Source of the DNA: an uncultured Gammaproteobacteria bacterium
Lineage (GTDB): Bacteria; Pseudomonadota; Gammaproteobacteria; DRLM01
Length of the DNA: 64,000 bases
Assembly: GCA_963729605.1 (NCBI GenBank)
Contig: CAVSNY010000005.1
Coordinates: 1-64,000, forward strand
Reading direction: 5' to 3'
Of this stretch, positions 21,495 to 31,674 are shown in pieces (position 1 is the stretch's first letter; each line of letters starts with the position of its first letter). The notes beneath the pieces are model-generated. The model saw only the letters and a list, made by a program, of their open reading frames with translations. It did not search any database and had not been told where the DNA came from. The position numbers were made by a program, and so were the translations under genes.

Positions 21495-22034
21495 TTACCA
21501 ATAAGGAAAACGATGGCGGTAATATCGCGGATAAGGATAGGGCGAATACGGCCACCAGGAACCGCCCCAGTATGGCGGCGGATAAGATGACGGCTTCGGC
21601 AACGGCGCCCATAAAAAATGGCTTTCGATTCCCATCACGGGAAAGTTGTACTTGTATTCATCGATTGGGCGTTGCTGTTCCCCTTCTATGGCGCCGACCA
21701 GGGTGATCAACCGCCCTTTCGTAAAAATCACCGGATCGAGAAAACCGGTATAACGCGCCAAAAACCGCCCGCTGCTGGGACCGTCCTCCACCGGCCGACC
21801 ATCCGCTTGAAGCGGCCGCGCCACCACCTCCAGCCAGGTTTCCGCCGACCGGTTTTCCACCGCCACCAGGGTGCCGCCCCAACGCACTCGGGCGCCAAGA
21901 TATTGCGAGACCTGCCCGCGCACCTGCTCAAGAGCAGGACTGCCGGCAGGCGCTTCACGGATTTGCAGGGGAATTTGACTGGCGCATCCGCTCAGCAAGA
22001 CAACGAGGACAGCCAGATAGGCCGCGTGTTTCAT
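21495..22034 (-). CDS. Slp-family outer membrane lipoprotein
   Basis: Lipobox LSGC, VRWGG, GRFLA, FLDP, Tyr/Pro/Trp-rich tail. Confidence 0.9.
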   Translation of the reverse strand: MKHAAYLAVLVVLLSGCASQIPLQIREAPAGSPALEQVRGQVSQYLGARVRWGGTLVAVENRSAETWLEVVARPLQADGRPVEDGPSSGRFLARYTGFLDPVIFTKGRLITLVGAIEGEQQRPIDEYKYNFPVMGIESHFLWAPLPKPSSYPPPYWGGSWWPYSPYPYPRYYRHRFPYW

Positions 22035-22080
22035 CACCATGACCTCCGCCGGCATGAAGGCCGGCAATTAATTTAAGAAA

Positions 22081-22190
22081 GCGCTGAATAATTCCATCCT
22101 GGAATCATGAGCACACGGAAAACAAAAATGGGACCTCACACTTTCCTTCATTTCAATGACTGACCGCCAATGAAAATGGCGGCAAGGCCC
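22081..22190 (-). mobile_element. Degenerate inverted MITE copy
   Basis: CTGAATAATTCCATCCTGGAAT is the reverse complement of the right end of 22376-22532; AAAATGGCGGC also shared. Confidence 0.6.
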
Positions 22191-22375
22191 TTCGCTTCGC
22201 CCTTCCCTGGCCGCGAGCAGCGCCGATAAATCAAACACCTCAAATGGGACCGATCTACGACGCAGTGTCGGCGCGAGAAAATCAATAATTCCATTCCCCG
22301 CCGTCCTGATTACCATGCCCTGCACCCGCCGCGGGGAAGGCATCGTAAGGACTATCTACTCTGTCAGTTTTATCT

Positions 22376-22532
22376 AGGGAACCTCTGAATAATTCAGAGG
22401 TTCCCGCGGCACACGGACGTGCCGCCATTTTTCAATGGCGGCAGCCATTGAAAAATGGAGGGAAGCGAAAATCACATTTTCGCTTCCCGTGCTCCGAAAA
22501 TTCCAGGATGGAATTATTCAGAGCCTCCTTAG
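22376..22532 (+). mobile_element. MITE of about 155 bp with IS5-like terminal inverted repeats
   Basis: CTAG-GGAACCTCTGAATAATTC...GAATTATTCAGAGCCTCC-TTAG; internal hairpins; no transposase. Confidence 0.75.
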
Positions 22533-22558
22533 TGCGCTAATGCCAGTGGCAAAGGCGC

Positions 22559-23092
22559 CTATTTCCGTTCCGAAGCTTGTCCCGGAAACAAGTCTGCCTC
22601 AAAACCGAATTGACTAAGATCGCGGATACGGCGCGGATACAGAATGCCGTCGAGATGATCGCACTCATGCTGCACGACCCGGGCGTGAAAACCAGTCACT
22701 TCACGCGCGAAGCGCCGACCGGCGGCGTCGTAGCCGCTGTAACGCAAACGGGTATATCGCGGCACCAGACCGCGCAGGCCGGGCACACTGAGGCAGCCTT
22801 CCCAGGCCTCGTCCATCTCATCCGATAAAATCTCGATCTCGGGATTGATCAGCACCGTCGTCGGCACCGGCTCCACGTCGGGATAACGGGGATTGGCCTC
22901 GATACCGAAAATCACCAGCCGTTGATTGACGCCGATCTGCGGCGCGGCCAGGCCGGCGCCGTCCAGGGCCGCCATGGTATCGAACATATCCTGGATCAAG
23001 CGATCCAAGTCCGGGTGGTTGAACTCGCGGACGGGCTCCGCCACTCGCAGCAAGCGGGCATCACCCATCCGTAAAACGTTTTGTATGGCCAT
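22559..23092 (-). CDS. def: Peptide deformylase
   Basis: [25 protein letters not shown]. Confidence 0.95.
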   Translation of the reverse strand: MAIQNVLRMGDARLLRVAEPVREFNHPDLDRLIQDMFDTMAALDGAGLAAPQIGVNQRLVIFGIEANPRYPDVEPVPTTVLINPEIEILSDEMDEAWEGCLSVPGLRGLVPRYTRLRYSGYDAAGRRFAREVTGFHARVVQHECDHLDGILYPRRIRDLSQFGFEADLFPGQASERK

Positions 23093-23168
23093 CGCAATCA
23101 CGCCCTTTGCCAAGCGTAGATGGGTCCGGTATCGTTAAGACCCCTTTTTCCCGGATAAGATTCCAGTC

Positions 23169-23807
23169 ATGAGTATGCCCAAAATCCTCGCCGGGTGGTT
23201 GCTCGCCGCCCTGGCGTCCGCCGCCGCCGCGAACGACTTGTACAAGGTTGAACTCATCGTCTTCGAAAACCTAGACCCGGCGGCGCAAAAGGCCGAACAC
23301 TGGCCTGCGCATCCCGGCATGCCGGCCTTGGATAACGCGCTGGAATTGGCGGCGCAACCCGCCGCATCGGAAAAAAGCCCATGGCGGGTATTGAAACCCG
23401 CTGAATTGGCCATGGGCGGAGTTTATCAACGACTACGGGGCTCGCCTCGCTACCGGCCGATCCTGCACACCGGCTGGGTACAGGCCTTGGACAACACCGA
23501 CCGCAAGGTCGGCGTACATGTCTACAGCGGGATGCAAAACGAGGCGGCTTCCGCCGGCGCGGGCGCAGCCCGCAAAATCGACGGCACGGTTGCCGTGCGG
23601 CGCGGCCGCTTTCTGCACGCCGACGTGGACCTCATTTACATCCGTACAACACCGGGGGCGGACGCGAACAGCGGCGCGATACCGCCTGTCCGCCTGGTCA
23701 CGACCCGCCGTTTGCGCAACAACGAAGTCCATTACCTGGATCACCCCTTATTCGGCGTGATCATCACCATCAGCCCGCTGGACGGCGGCGCTTCACGTCC
23801 CCAATAA
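23169..23807 (+). CDS. CsiV-family periplasmic protein
   Basis: YKVELIVF, LHTGWVQ, HYLDHPLFGVII. Confidence 0.85.
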   Translation: MSMPKILAGWLLAALASAAAANDLYKVELIVFENLDPAAQKAEHWPAHPGMPALDNALELAAQPAASEKSPWRVLKPAELAMGGVYQRLRGSPRYRPILHTGWVQALDNTDRKVGVHVYSGMQNEAASAGAGAARKIDGTVAVRRGRFLHADVDLIYIRTTPGADANSGAIPPVRLVTTRRLRNNEVHYLDHPLFGVIITISPLDGGASRPQ

Positions 23808-24545
23808 AGGCACCACGTGCTCCAGCACGTCGCGGACCTTGTCCATGCCTTGTTTCACCGACAGTTCGATTTCATGCATGGAAATCGGCCCGGTACCGCG
23901 TCCGGCGGCCTTGTTGACCACCACCGCGAAGGTCGCGTAATGCAGGTCCAGTTCGCGGGCCAGCGCCGCCTCGGGCATGCCGGTCATCCCCACCACGGTG
24001 CACCCGTCGCGGGCCATGCGGTCGATTTCCGCGGCGGTTTCCAGCCGGGGACCCTGGGTGGTGCCATAGGTACCGTGATCGATGAAATCCAAATGGGCCG
24101 CCTGACAGCCGCGGATCAGCAGTTGCCGCAGCTCTTCGCTGTAGGGCTCGGTGAAATCCACGTGGGTGACATGGCTCAAACCGTCTTCGAAAAAGGTGTT
24201 GTCGCGCGCCGCGGTGTAATCCACGATCTGATCGGGGATCACCAGACTGCCGGGTTCGAGTTCGTCGCTGATGCCACCCACGGCGGCCACCGCGATGACC
24301 TGTTTCACCCCGGTGTGATGCAAGGCCCAGATATTGGCGCGATAGTTGATTTTATGGGGAGGAATGGTGTGTCCATAACCGTGCCGCGCCAGAAACACCA
24401 CCTCTTTCCCCGACAGCACGCCATGGGTCAGCGGCCCGGACGGTTCGCCGAACGGCGTATGCACCACTTCACGCTTGATGATATCGAGGTTCTTCAGCGT
24501 GGTGAGCCCGGTGCCACCGATGATCGCCAGTTCAGTCATATCCAT
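23793..24545 (-). CDS. 5'-methylthioadenosine/methylthioinosine phosphorylase
   Basis: IIGGTG, LARHG, PPHKINYRAN, GPRLET, VGMTGMPEA. Confidence 0.92.
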   Translation of the reverse strand: MDMTELAIIGGTGLTTLKNLDIIKREVVHTPFGEPSGPLTHGVLSGKEVVFLARHGYGHTIPPHKINYRANIWALHHTGVKQVIAVAAVGGISDELEPGSLVIPDQIVDYTAARDNTFFEDGLSHVTHVDFTEPYSEELRQLLIRGCQAAHLDFIDHGTYGTTQGPRLETAAEIDRMARDGCTVVGMTGMPEAALARELDLHYATFAVVVNKAAGRGTGPISMHEIELSVKQGMDKVRDVLEHVVPLLGT

Positions 24546-24565
24546 TTACACCTTTAATTTGAGAC

Positions 24566-25120
24566 TCATTTCTCGGCAATTGCATAAATACCGGGCACGT
24601 TGCGCAGATAACCCTGGTAATCCATGCCGCAACCGAACACGTAGCGGTCCTCGACGTCCAGGCCTTTGAAGGTGGCGACCAGCCCGCTCTTGCGTTCATG
24701 GACTTTATCCAGCAATACCGCGGTGAGCACCTCGCGGGCGCCCGCCTCGGCGCAGGCCTCGCACAAGGCCTTCAAGGTCACGCCTTCGTCGAGGATATCA
24801 TCGATCAGCAACACCACCCGGTCTTGCAGCGAGTAGGTGGGCCGGACTATCCAGTGCAGTTGTCCGCCCTGGGTTTTGCCCTGGTAACGAGTCGCGTGGA
24901 GGTAGTCGATTTGCAGCGGAAAATCCAAGCGGGGCAGCAATTGGCCGGCGGGAATCAACCCTCCCACCATCACGCATAACACCAGAGGATTACTGTCGGA
25001 TAAACGCGCGGTGATTTGCGCGGCCATGCGATCGTAGGCGGCCTCGATGTCGTGTTGGGAATAGATGCGATCGGCGCGGGCGTACACCTCGCGGATGGCT
25101 TGAATATGGCTGTCAGTCAT
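24566..25120 (-). CDS. hpt: Hypoxanthine-guanine phosphoribosyltransferase
   Basis: VLLIDDILDEGVT PRPP motif, YVFGCGMDY. Confidence 0.92.
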   Translation of the reverse strand: MTDSHIQAIREVYARADRIYSQHDIEAAYDRMAAQITARLSDSNPLVLCVMVGGLIPAGQLLPRLDFPLQIDYLHATRYQGKTQGGQLHWIVRPTYSLQDRVVLLIDDILDEGVTLKALCEACAEAGAREVLTAVLLDKVHERKSGLVATFKGLDVEDRYVFGCGMDYQGYLRNVPGIYAIAEK

Positions 25121-25176
25121 GAAGATAAATTGCCCGGCATGTTCCCGGCGTGATTATAGTGGGCGATGCCGCGCCA

Positions 25177-27321
25177 TTACCAGCCCGCGTTATACGCCCT
25201 GCGCCGCCGGCCGCCGGCGCCCGCCAGCGTGTAAATCAGCAGCGGCAATACGCTGATCCAGCCCAATGCGCCACCCCCGCCCGCTGAACAAAACAAATTG
25301 CCGCAAGAACCGCGCACCGGCGTTTCGCTCTCCGCGTCCACCGCTACCGCCACGCCGCCGGGGTCTTTAATAATGAAATTGGCCACGCCGTCGCCGTCAT
25401 TTAAACCGCCGTCCTGAATGAGCAATTGCACGCAGCGGTGCCCTTCGGTCAAACCGGTGGCATAGGCGTTGTCGCCGGGCGGGGGACACACGCCGTCGCT
25501 CCCCGCCGCGGAAAACACTTGATTAAAATTATTGCGGAGGAAATCCCGCCAACCTGCGCTGGGGCTGTATTTGCGGTACACCGCGTCTTTCGGAATCGGC
25601 GCCGTCTGCGGAATCACCACCTGCACCGACATGCCGATCACCGGCAGACCATGAATTTCAAAATCATAAAAACCGCCCGAATTGATCGCGGTGTCGATGG
25701 CGTTGGGACCCGGCCTGCCTTCTCCGCCGCCCAGCGCGGCGATCTCTTGCGCGGTGACCAAGGCCCCGTCGCGCCCGGTCGCCAGGGCGATATCTCCCAA
25801 GCGCAGCGACAGCCCGGGGCGGGTTTGCATCAGGAAAATGTCATTGCGCGGGGTCTGTTGCTGCAGGAAATTCGAGGCGAGCCGGTTGCTGTCGTAATAA
25901 TCCGGGACACCGTCATTGTCGCTGTCCCCCAGGCCCTCATCCCGATCCGACACGCCGTCGCCGTCGCTGTCGCCGTCGGTGAGCAGCGGCCGAGTCTGAA
26001 TCACCCGTAATTGCAGTTCGGCCAGCGTAGATTGAGGCGCGAGGCTGCCGTCCGTGACGGTCACCCTCACCTTGTAATATCCCAAGCCGAGCGCGCTGGG
26101 GTTGAAAACAAATAAATTGCCCTGCGTGCCCGTCACCAGCGCCTCATTGGTCGCGCTCCAGTTGTATTGATAGGTATCGGGATCGCCGCCGTTGACATCA
26201 CGCACATCGACGCTGACCGTCACCAGGCCGCCGTCGGTGGTCACCACCCGGGTCGGTATGCCGCCTTGACGGGCAATGAGCGACACCGCGGCCGGAATGT
26301 TTCGTTCCGTAATGGTCACCGTGTGAGTACGAACGCTGCCGGGCCGCGCGTTGAAGGGTTGGCCCATGTTGAATACCACGGTTTCGTCGGTAGGCTCGTC
26401 GAGAGTGTCCGCCTTGGCGGCGAGCGTGACCTGCCCCGTCGTACCGCTCTCGATCACGATGGGCGACGCCGGCTCTTCATAATCGATACCCCGGGTGGCG
26501 CTGCCCGACAAGGTAAAGGGGATTCTCACCGGATAATAGGACGGCGTCGAGTCCAACTGGACCCGCACCACGACCTCGTTGCCCTCGCCCACCATTTGAT
26601 CGATTTCAAAATTCGCCCTGGGCATCACCGCCTCGGGGTCTTGGATGGTCACCGTGACGGAGCCGGCGGGACCGACCATGTAATCCTCGCCAATGTCTTG
26701 TATGGTGACGATGATAGTCTCGTCGGGTTCGATCACTTGATCGGTAATGATATTGAGCGTGCCGCCCACGGTGGTTGAATTGGAGTTTCTCGCAAACCGC
26801 ACTTGCCCTATGCTCAGATCGAAGTCCGCGTTGGCGCCTTGGGTAGCGGTGCCGGTGATCACATAACTTACGACTATATCGCTCGTCGCGTCCGGGTCCA
26901 ATTCGCCGATCCGCTGAAAGGTGATAGGCGCCGAATTCGACTGCGCGGCCTGGCCTTCGATCAAGATCGAGGACCCGACCGAGACGTTGATCGCGGGCAA
27001 AATGCGCACCGTCGCCACGTTGGAATCCGCGGTGCCGTCATTCACCTTGAACGTAAAGCTGTCGGTGCCGCTCAACCCGGGGGTTGGAGTATAGGTGAAG
27101 TTACCCGTGGCGGCGTTGGTGATGGTGGCCGTGCCCCTGCTGGGCGCAGCGACGATAGTAAAAGTCAGAGGATCATCGTCGTCATCGCTGGCCGTGAGTT
27201 GACCGCTGACGCCGGCAACCGCGAAGGGAAAACGCGCGTTTTCAGCGACCGGCGCGGCCGCGCCGGCCGGGAACGCCAGCGCCCACGATACCCAAAAGAA
27301 AATCAAATAGGGAAAAAGCAT
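25177..27321 (-). CDS. Secreted Ig/cadherin-like and Calx-beta-like domain protein with GlyGly-CTERM anchor
   Basis: Signal peptide, FTYTP..GTDSFTFKVNDG, SATRGIDY, DSDGDG Ca-binding motifs, C-terminal GGGGALGW-TM-RRRR; start uncertain. Confidence 0.8.
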   Translation of the reverse strand: MLFPYLIFFWVSWALAFPAGAAAPVAENARFPFAVAGVSGQLTASDDDDDPLTFTIVAAPSRGTATITNAATGNFTYTPTPGLSGTDSFTFKVNDGTADSNVATVRILPAINVSVGSSILIEGQAAQSNSAPITFQRIGELDPDATSDIVVSYVITGTATQGANADFDLSIGQVRFARNSNSTTVGGTLNIITDQVIEPDETIIVTIQDIGEDYMVGPAGSVTVTIQDPEAVMPRANFEIDQMVGEGNEVVVRVQLDSTPSYYPVRIPFTLSGSATRGIDYEEPASPIVIESGTTGQVTLAAKADTLDEPTDETVVFNMGQPFNARPGSVRTHTVTITERNIPAAVSLIARQGGIPTRVVTTDGGLVTVSVDVRDVNGGDPDTYQYNWSATNEALVTGTQGNLFVFNPSALGLGYYKVRVTVTDGSLAPQSTLAELQLRVIQTRPLLTDGDSDGDGVSDRDEGLGDSDNDGVPDYYDSNRLASNFLQQQTPRNDIFLMQTRPGLSLRLGDIALATGRDGALVTAQEIAALGGGEGRPGPNAIDTAINSGGFYDFEIHGLPVIGMSVQVVIPQTAPIPKDAVYRKYSPSAGWRDFLRNNFNQVFSAAGSDGVCPPPGDNAYATGLTEGHRCVQLLIQDGGLNDGDGVANFIIKDPGGVAVAVDAESETPVRGSCGNLFCSAGGGGALGWISVLPLLIYTLAGAGGRRRRAYNAGW

Positions 27322-27776
27322 CGCAAACCTCGTCGGCTCGGTGCGCGATCGAGAGGCGACGCGCAACGCACGAGGGCCGGGGGCACGGGCGGCCTTATGG
27401 GAAACCGCTATTTGATTGAGGGATGATGTTGTCATTATGTACACCGGCAGCACGCCTCTCGTCATTACCGGGACTGGCGGCGGGCATATTGAGTAGAACC
27501 AGCGGTGACCGACGGTCTTGTATTCCACGCCGGGGGGACGCCGGTCGGGTGAACCCCTGCGGAACACACCCCGCCTTCGGCCGCGGCCTTTTCACTACCC
27601 AAATAAAAACCGCGACAGCCTATTCGCTGCACTACCAATATGTTATCGGGGGGCTTCCCTGCGACGATGACAGTGCGTCCCACTGCCAATTCATGATCGA
27701 CTTAAACTCGAACCACCGTAGCATAGGGCCGGTGAATTTTCCAGGGGACGCCCGGCCGGACGGCAATCCGCCCGCC

Positions 27777-28448
27777 TCAAAAATTCAATAACACGCCCAA
27801 CGAGGGGAAACTCTCGGTGTATTCGTCGGTCTTGACCAGGCCCACGGTGGTTTGCTGCCATTCCGCGCGCAACCACCAATTCTTATAAAAACGCCAGTCC
27901 GCGCCCAGGCCGTAAATGAAACTCACGCCGTCATCGTGCACCACCGACCGGTTGGACTGATCGGGATCGTCCACCACCGAGGTCGCGGCGATGGTCGGTT
28001 CATAAATCACGGTGGAATCCCAAAAGAACAAACCACCCTTGGCGTAGACCTTCAAACGCCCGCCAAACGTCCAACCCGCGACCGCTTCGGTGCTCACGCC
28101 TTTCGCCTCGGTGTCGCCCGCCACATTGCCCGGCTCCCACACCGAAGGCACCCGCCCGGAGGCAACGCCGCGGAATGAAGAATCGCCCAAGCGGATATAA
28201 GCGAGTTCGAGAGCGAGGTGGGGAGTGTAACGATAACCGGCCAAAACCTTGTACGCGACACCGCTCTCTTCAACTTGACCGCTGGTCAATGAGCCATCGT
28301 CCCAATCGGCGGGGGTGATATTCAACGTGCTGATCCCCGCCGAAATACCCATATACCAATTCCGCGGTATCTCCGCGGCCGGCGCCGCGCCGCAAATGAA
28401 CAGGCCGGCGAGGCCAACCACCGTGGCTAATTTTTCGTACCGTTGCAT
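27777..28448 (-). CDS. OmpA-like outer membrane beta-barrel protein
   Basis: Signal peptide, WYMG, GYRY..LALEL.Y, YGLGA, C-terminal Phe. Confidence 0.82.
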   Translation of the reverse strand: MQRYEKLATVVGLAGLFICGAAPAAEIPRNWYMGISAGISTLNITPADWDDGSLTSGQVEESGVAYKVLAGYRYTPHLALELAYIRLGDSSFRGVASGRVPSVWEPGNVAGDTEAKGVSTEAVAGWTFGGRLKVYAKGGLFFWDSTVIYEPTIAATSVVDDPDQSNRSVVHDDGVSFIYGLGADWRFYKNWWLRAEWQQTTVGLVKTDEYTESFPSLGVLLNF

Positions 28449-28455
28449 AACTCCG

Positions 28456-29583
28456 TCACTTGGTTGGATGCGCGGTCTTCGCCGCCGCGGCCGCGCCTAT
28501 CTCCGCCACCGGCCGCTGCCAGGGCCAGACCACATCATGCGGGGTCGCCGGCAAGATCGGCAAGCTCTGCGGGGGTCTCACCCCGTTCAAGCTCTCCAAA
28601 AAGGCCACGATGTCCCGCACCTCGTCGTCCTTCAGGGTGAGATTGAGCTCGACCCGCCCCATCACCCGCACCGCCTCGCTCAAGGTCGAGACGCTGCCGT
28701 TGTGAAAATAGGGCGCGGTCAGCGCGACATTGCGCAACAGCGGCACGCGCCACATGTATTTCTCACCGGGATCACCGCTGTACAACACCCGGCCGACGTC
28801 TTGCGTCAAGTCATAGGCTTCATCGTAGGGGCTGCCCAGATAATTGGGAAACAATTCGTAAAAGCCGTCGCCCATTTTCAAAAACGGTCCCGGCGCCGGG
28901 CCGGCGAAATTGACTCCGAAATGGCAGGACATACAGCCGATGTCGCGAAAGGTCTCCAGACCGCGCTGCGCCTCGACCGACAACGCCTTTTTATCGCCTT
29001 TGATATAACGATCGAACGCGCTGTCGGGCGTGCGCAAAGTGCGTATGTAAGTAGCGATGGCCTTGGCCAGCGTGTCGAGCGTCACCGCGTCCTTTTCACC
29101 GAACACACTCTCGAACTGGGCACGGTAGCCGGGAATCCGATTGATGCGCGTGATCAGCTCGGCGAGGTCCGGCATGGCCATGGTCGTGCTGTCGAACAAA
29201 TGGCCGCGGATCTGCTCTTCCAGACTGCGGGCCCGGCCGTCCCAATACAGCACGGTTTGATACGCGACGTTCCATAAGGTGGGTGCGTTGCGCGTGCCGG
29301 GCTTGCCCAGCGCACCGACCGAGACCGGACGATGATCGCCGCCGCCCGCCGCGAGGTCGTGACAGCTGTTGCACGACACGCTGCCATTTACCGACAAGCG
29401 GCTGTCGAAATAAAGTTGCCGGCCCAAGGCCGCCTTCTCCTCGGTGAACGGGTTGTCGGCGGGCACCGGCACCTCGGCGGGCAAGGCCTGCATCATCTCG
29501 AAGGCCCAGGCCGTTGAAGACGCGCAGATCGCGATCATCGCAACAATACTTCTCACCCAACACATCGTACTCATCTCTCCCAT
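28456..29583 (-). CDS. Di-heme cytochrome c peroxidase (CcpA/MauG family)
   Basis: LYFDSRLS, CNSCH and CMSCH, RNAPT, WDGR, LRNVALTAPYFHNG. Confidence 0.92.
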   Translation of the reverse strand: MGEMSTMCWVRSIVAMIAICASSTAWAFEMMQALPAEVPVPADNPFTEEKAALGRQLYFDSRLSVNGSVSCNSCHDLAAGGGDHRPVSVGALGKPGTRNAPTLWNVAYQTVLYWDGRARSLEEQIRGHLFDSTTMAMPDLAELITRINRIPGYRAQFESVFGEKDAVTLDTLAKAIATYIRTLRTPDSAFDRYIKGDKKALSVEAQRGLETFRDIGCMSCHFGVNFAGPAPGPFLKMGDGFYELFPNYLGSPYDEAYDLTQDVGRVLYSGDPGEKYMWRVPLLRNVALTAPYFHNGSVSTLSEAVRVMGRVELNLTLKDDEVRDIVAFLESLNGVRPPQSLPILPATPHDVVWPWQRPVAEIGAAAAAKTAHPTK

Positions 29584-29587
29584 TGAT

Positions 29588-29755
29588 TAGAACCTATCGC
29601 AAATTCGAATAAAGACCCAAACCGGACCGAGGCGTCATTCCCCCTCTCCCGGAGAGAGCAGGGTGAGGGTGTCCGGACGCCGCCATCACTACAGCAAAGC
29701 GACCTTCCTCATCTCCCTCTCCCTAACCCTCGCCCGCCCGCGGGACAGGGGACGT
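29588..29755. repeat. MITE/REP element (family A)
   Basis: TAGAACCTATCGCAAA end followed by an inverted pair of CCCTCTCCC hairpins. Confidence 0.65.
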
Positions 29756-29802
29756 GTTCTGAGGTTTTCAGTGTCGTCCCCCAACCGTCATCGCGCGGAC
29801 TA

Positions 29803-30846
29803 TCACACCAAACGTGGTTCATCGGGACGGCTGCACTCGGCCACCGCTTGCATGGCCTCCTGCCAGATCGGCTCCAGCCGCAGTTTATTATGGGCGACCC
29901 TGCCCCGGCCGTGCATGCGGGCCAGCCGCAATTGACTGGCGGGATTCGCCGCCGCCGCGAGCTCATCCAACAACAGCGGCACCGCCGCCAGCTCATTACA
30001 CACCAGTGCCATATCGCAGCCGGCGTCCAGCGCGGCGCGGGCGCGGTCGAGAATATCACCGGCCGCCGCCGCGCCGCTCATGCCGAGGTCATCGCTGAAA
30101 ATCACGCCCTGGAAACGCAGGCGCTTGCGCAACACGTCCTGCATCCAGAAGCGCGAGAATCCCGCCGGCCGCGGATCGATCCGCGGATATATCACATGCG
30201 CCGCCATGATCGCCGCGAGTCCGTAGTTGATCATGCGCTCGAAGGGCAGCATGTCCTCGGCGGCGATGTCCTCATAGGGCCGGGGATCGCTCACCACCAC
30301 ATGGTGCGAATCCGCCGCCGCCGTGCCGTGGCCGGGAAAGTGTTTGCCGGTGGCCATCATGCCGGCCATGTCCATCCCGATCATGTAGGCGTGGGCAAGA
30401 TCGGCGATCACCTCGCCGTCGCTATGAAAGGCGCGATTGCCGATCACTTGGCTGTTGCCGCGATCGAGATCCAGCACCGGCGCGAAGCTGAGATCGACGC
30501 CCGCCGCGCGCAGCTCCGCCGCCATCAGCCAGCCCAGCAATTGCGCGAGGTGTTTAGCGCGCTTGGCGTCTTTATCGTAGAGATGGCCGAGTTGCCGCAC
30601 CGGTGGCAGCTCGATGAAGCCCGGACGAAAACGCTGCACGCGACCGCCTTCGTGATCCACCGCCACCAGCAGTGGCGGCTCGCGCAATTTATGGATGTCC
30701 TCCACCAGGGACTGCAACTGCTCGGTATCGGCGTAATTGCGCGTGAACAAAATCACGCCGCCGATCAGCGGATGCCGCAGCATCTCCCGCTCTTCGGCGC
30801 TCAGCGCCCAACCCGCCACACCCACCATCAGCGGCCCCAAGGCCAT
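29803..30846 (-). CDS. nagZ: Beta-N-acetylhexosaminidase
   Basis: ILFTRN, DHEGGRVQR, KHFPGHG...DSH, SDDL. Confidence 0.95.
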   Translation of the reverse strand: MALGPLMVGVAGWALSAEEREMLRHPLIGGVILFTRNYADTEQLQSLVEDIHKLREPPLLVAVDHEGGRVQRFRPGFIELPPVRQLGHLYDKDAKRAKHLAQLLGWLMAAELRAAGVDLSFAPVLDLDRGNSQVIGNRAFHSDGEVIADLAHAYMIGMDMAGMMATGKHFPGHGTAAADSHHVVVSDPRPYEDIAAEDMLPFERMINYGLAAIMAAHVIYPRIDPRPAGFSRFWMQDVLRKRLRFQGVIFSDDLGMSGAAAAGDILDRARAALDAGCDMALVCNELAAVPLLLDELAAAANPASQLRLARMHGRGRVAHNKLRLEPIWQEAMQAVAECSRPDEPRLV

Positions 30847-30876
30847 AACCTTCTCCTTATCCGCCCAACTTGCCGG

Positions 30877-31674
30877 TCACGGCCGTGCGCGCACATCCAG
30901 GCGATCGCGCAACCGGTCTCCCAATAGATTCACCGCCAGCACCACCAGCATCAGCGCCACGCCGGGCGCCAGCACCATGTGCGGCGCCATCAGCATGTAG
31001 CGCGTGCCGTCGCGGATCATGCTGCCCCACGAGGCGGTCGGCGGCTGCACGCCGAGGCCGAGGAAGGACAGGCCCGCCTCGGCGATCACCGCGCCCGCCA
31101 CCGCGAAGGTACCCTCGACGATCAGCGGCGCCCACATCAGCGGCAGCAAATGCCGCAGTACGATGCGCGGTCGCCGCACGCCCAGCGCCACCGCCGCTTG
31201 AATATGCTCGCGGTGTTTCAGCGACAATACCTGCGCCCGCGCCAGCCGCGCGAAGCCCACCCAGCCCACCACGCTGAGCGCGATGACCACGTTGTTCACG
31301 CCGGGGCCGAGCACGCCCGCCAGCGCAATCGCCAACAGAATACCCGGAAAGGCCATGAAAATATCGATGATCCGCACCACCAGATGATCGACCCAGCCGC
31401 CGAGATAACCGCTCACCGTGCCGATCAAGGTACCGGTCAGCACCGTCACCGTCACCACCGCTATCGCGACAATGAACGAGGTCTGCGCGCCCACCACCAG
31501 GCGTTCCCACACCGGCCGGCCGAGGTCGTCGTAACCCAGCCACGCCTGCGGACCGGGGCCGGCGAGGATGCGCGTCAATTCGATGTGATTGGGGTCCGCC
31601 GCCAGCCACGGCCCCAGCAGCGCGCTCAAGGCCCAGGCAAACATGATCCCCGCCGGCAGCCACAGCCGCATCAT
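30877..31674 (-). CDS. Peptide ABC transporter permease (DppC/OppC-like)
   Basis: LGYDDLGR, AFPGILLA, EAGLSFLGLG. Confidence 0.92.
   Translation of the reverse strand: MMRLWLPAGIMFAWALSALLGPWLAADPNHIELTRILAGPGPQAWLGYDDLGRPVWERLVVGAQTSFIVAIAVVTVTVLTGTLIGTVSGYLGGWVDHLVVRIIDIFMAFPGILLAIALAGVLGPGVNNVVIALSVVGWVGFARLARAQVLSLKHREHIQAAVALGVRRPRIVLRHLLPLMWAPLIVEGTFAVAGAVIAEAGLSFLGLGVQPPTASWGSMIRDGTRYMLMAPHMVLAPGVALMLVVLAVNLLGDRLRDRLDVRARP

Noticed and set aside
27330-27776. Possible riboswitch upstream of the surface protein (GTGGGACGCA resembles part of c-di-GMP-I)
   Set aside because: The GCAAAC, GNRA loop and AAAG elements are not evident; an Rfam scan would be needed.
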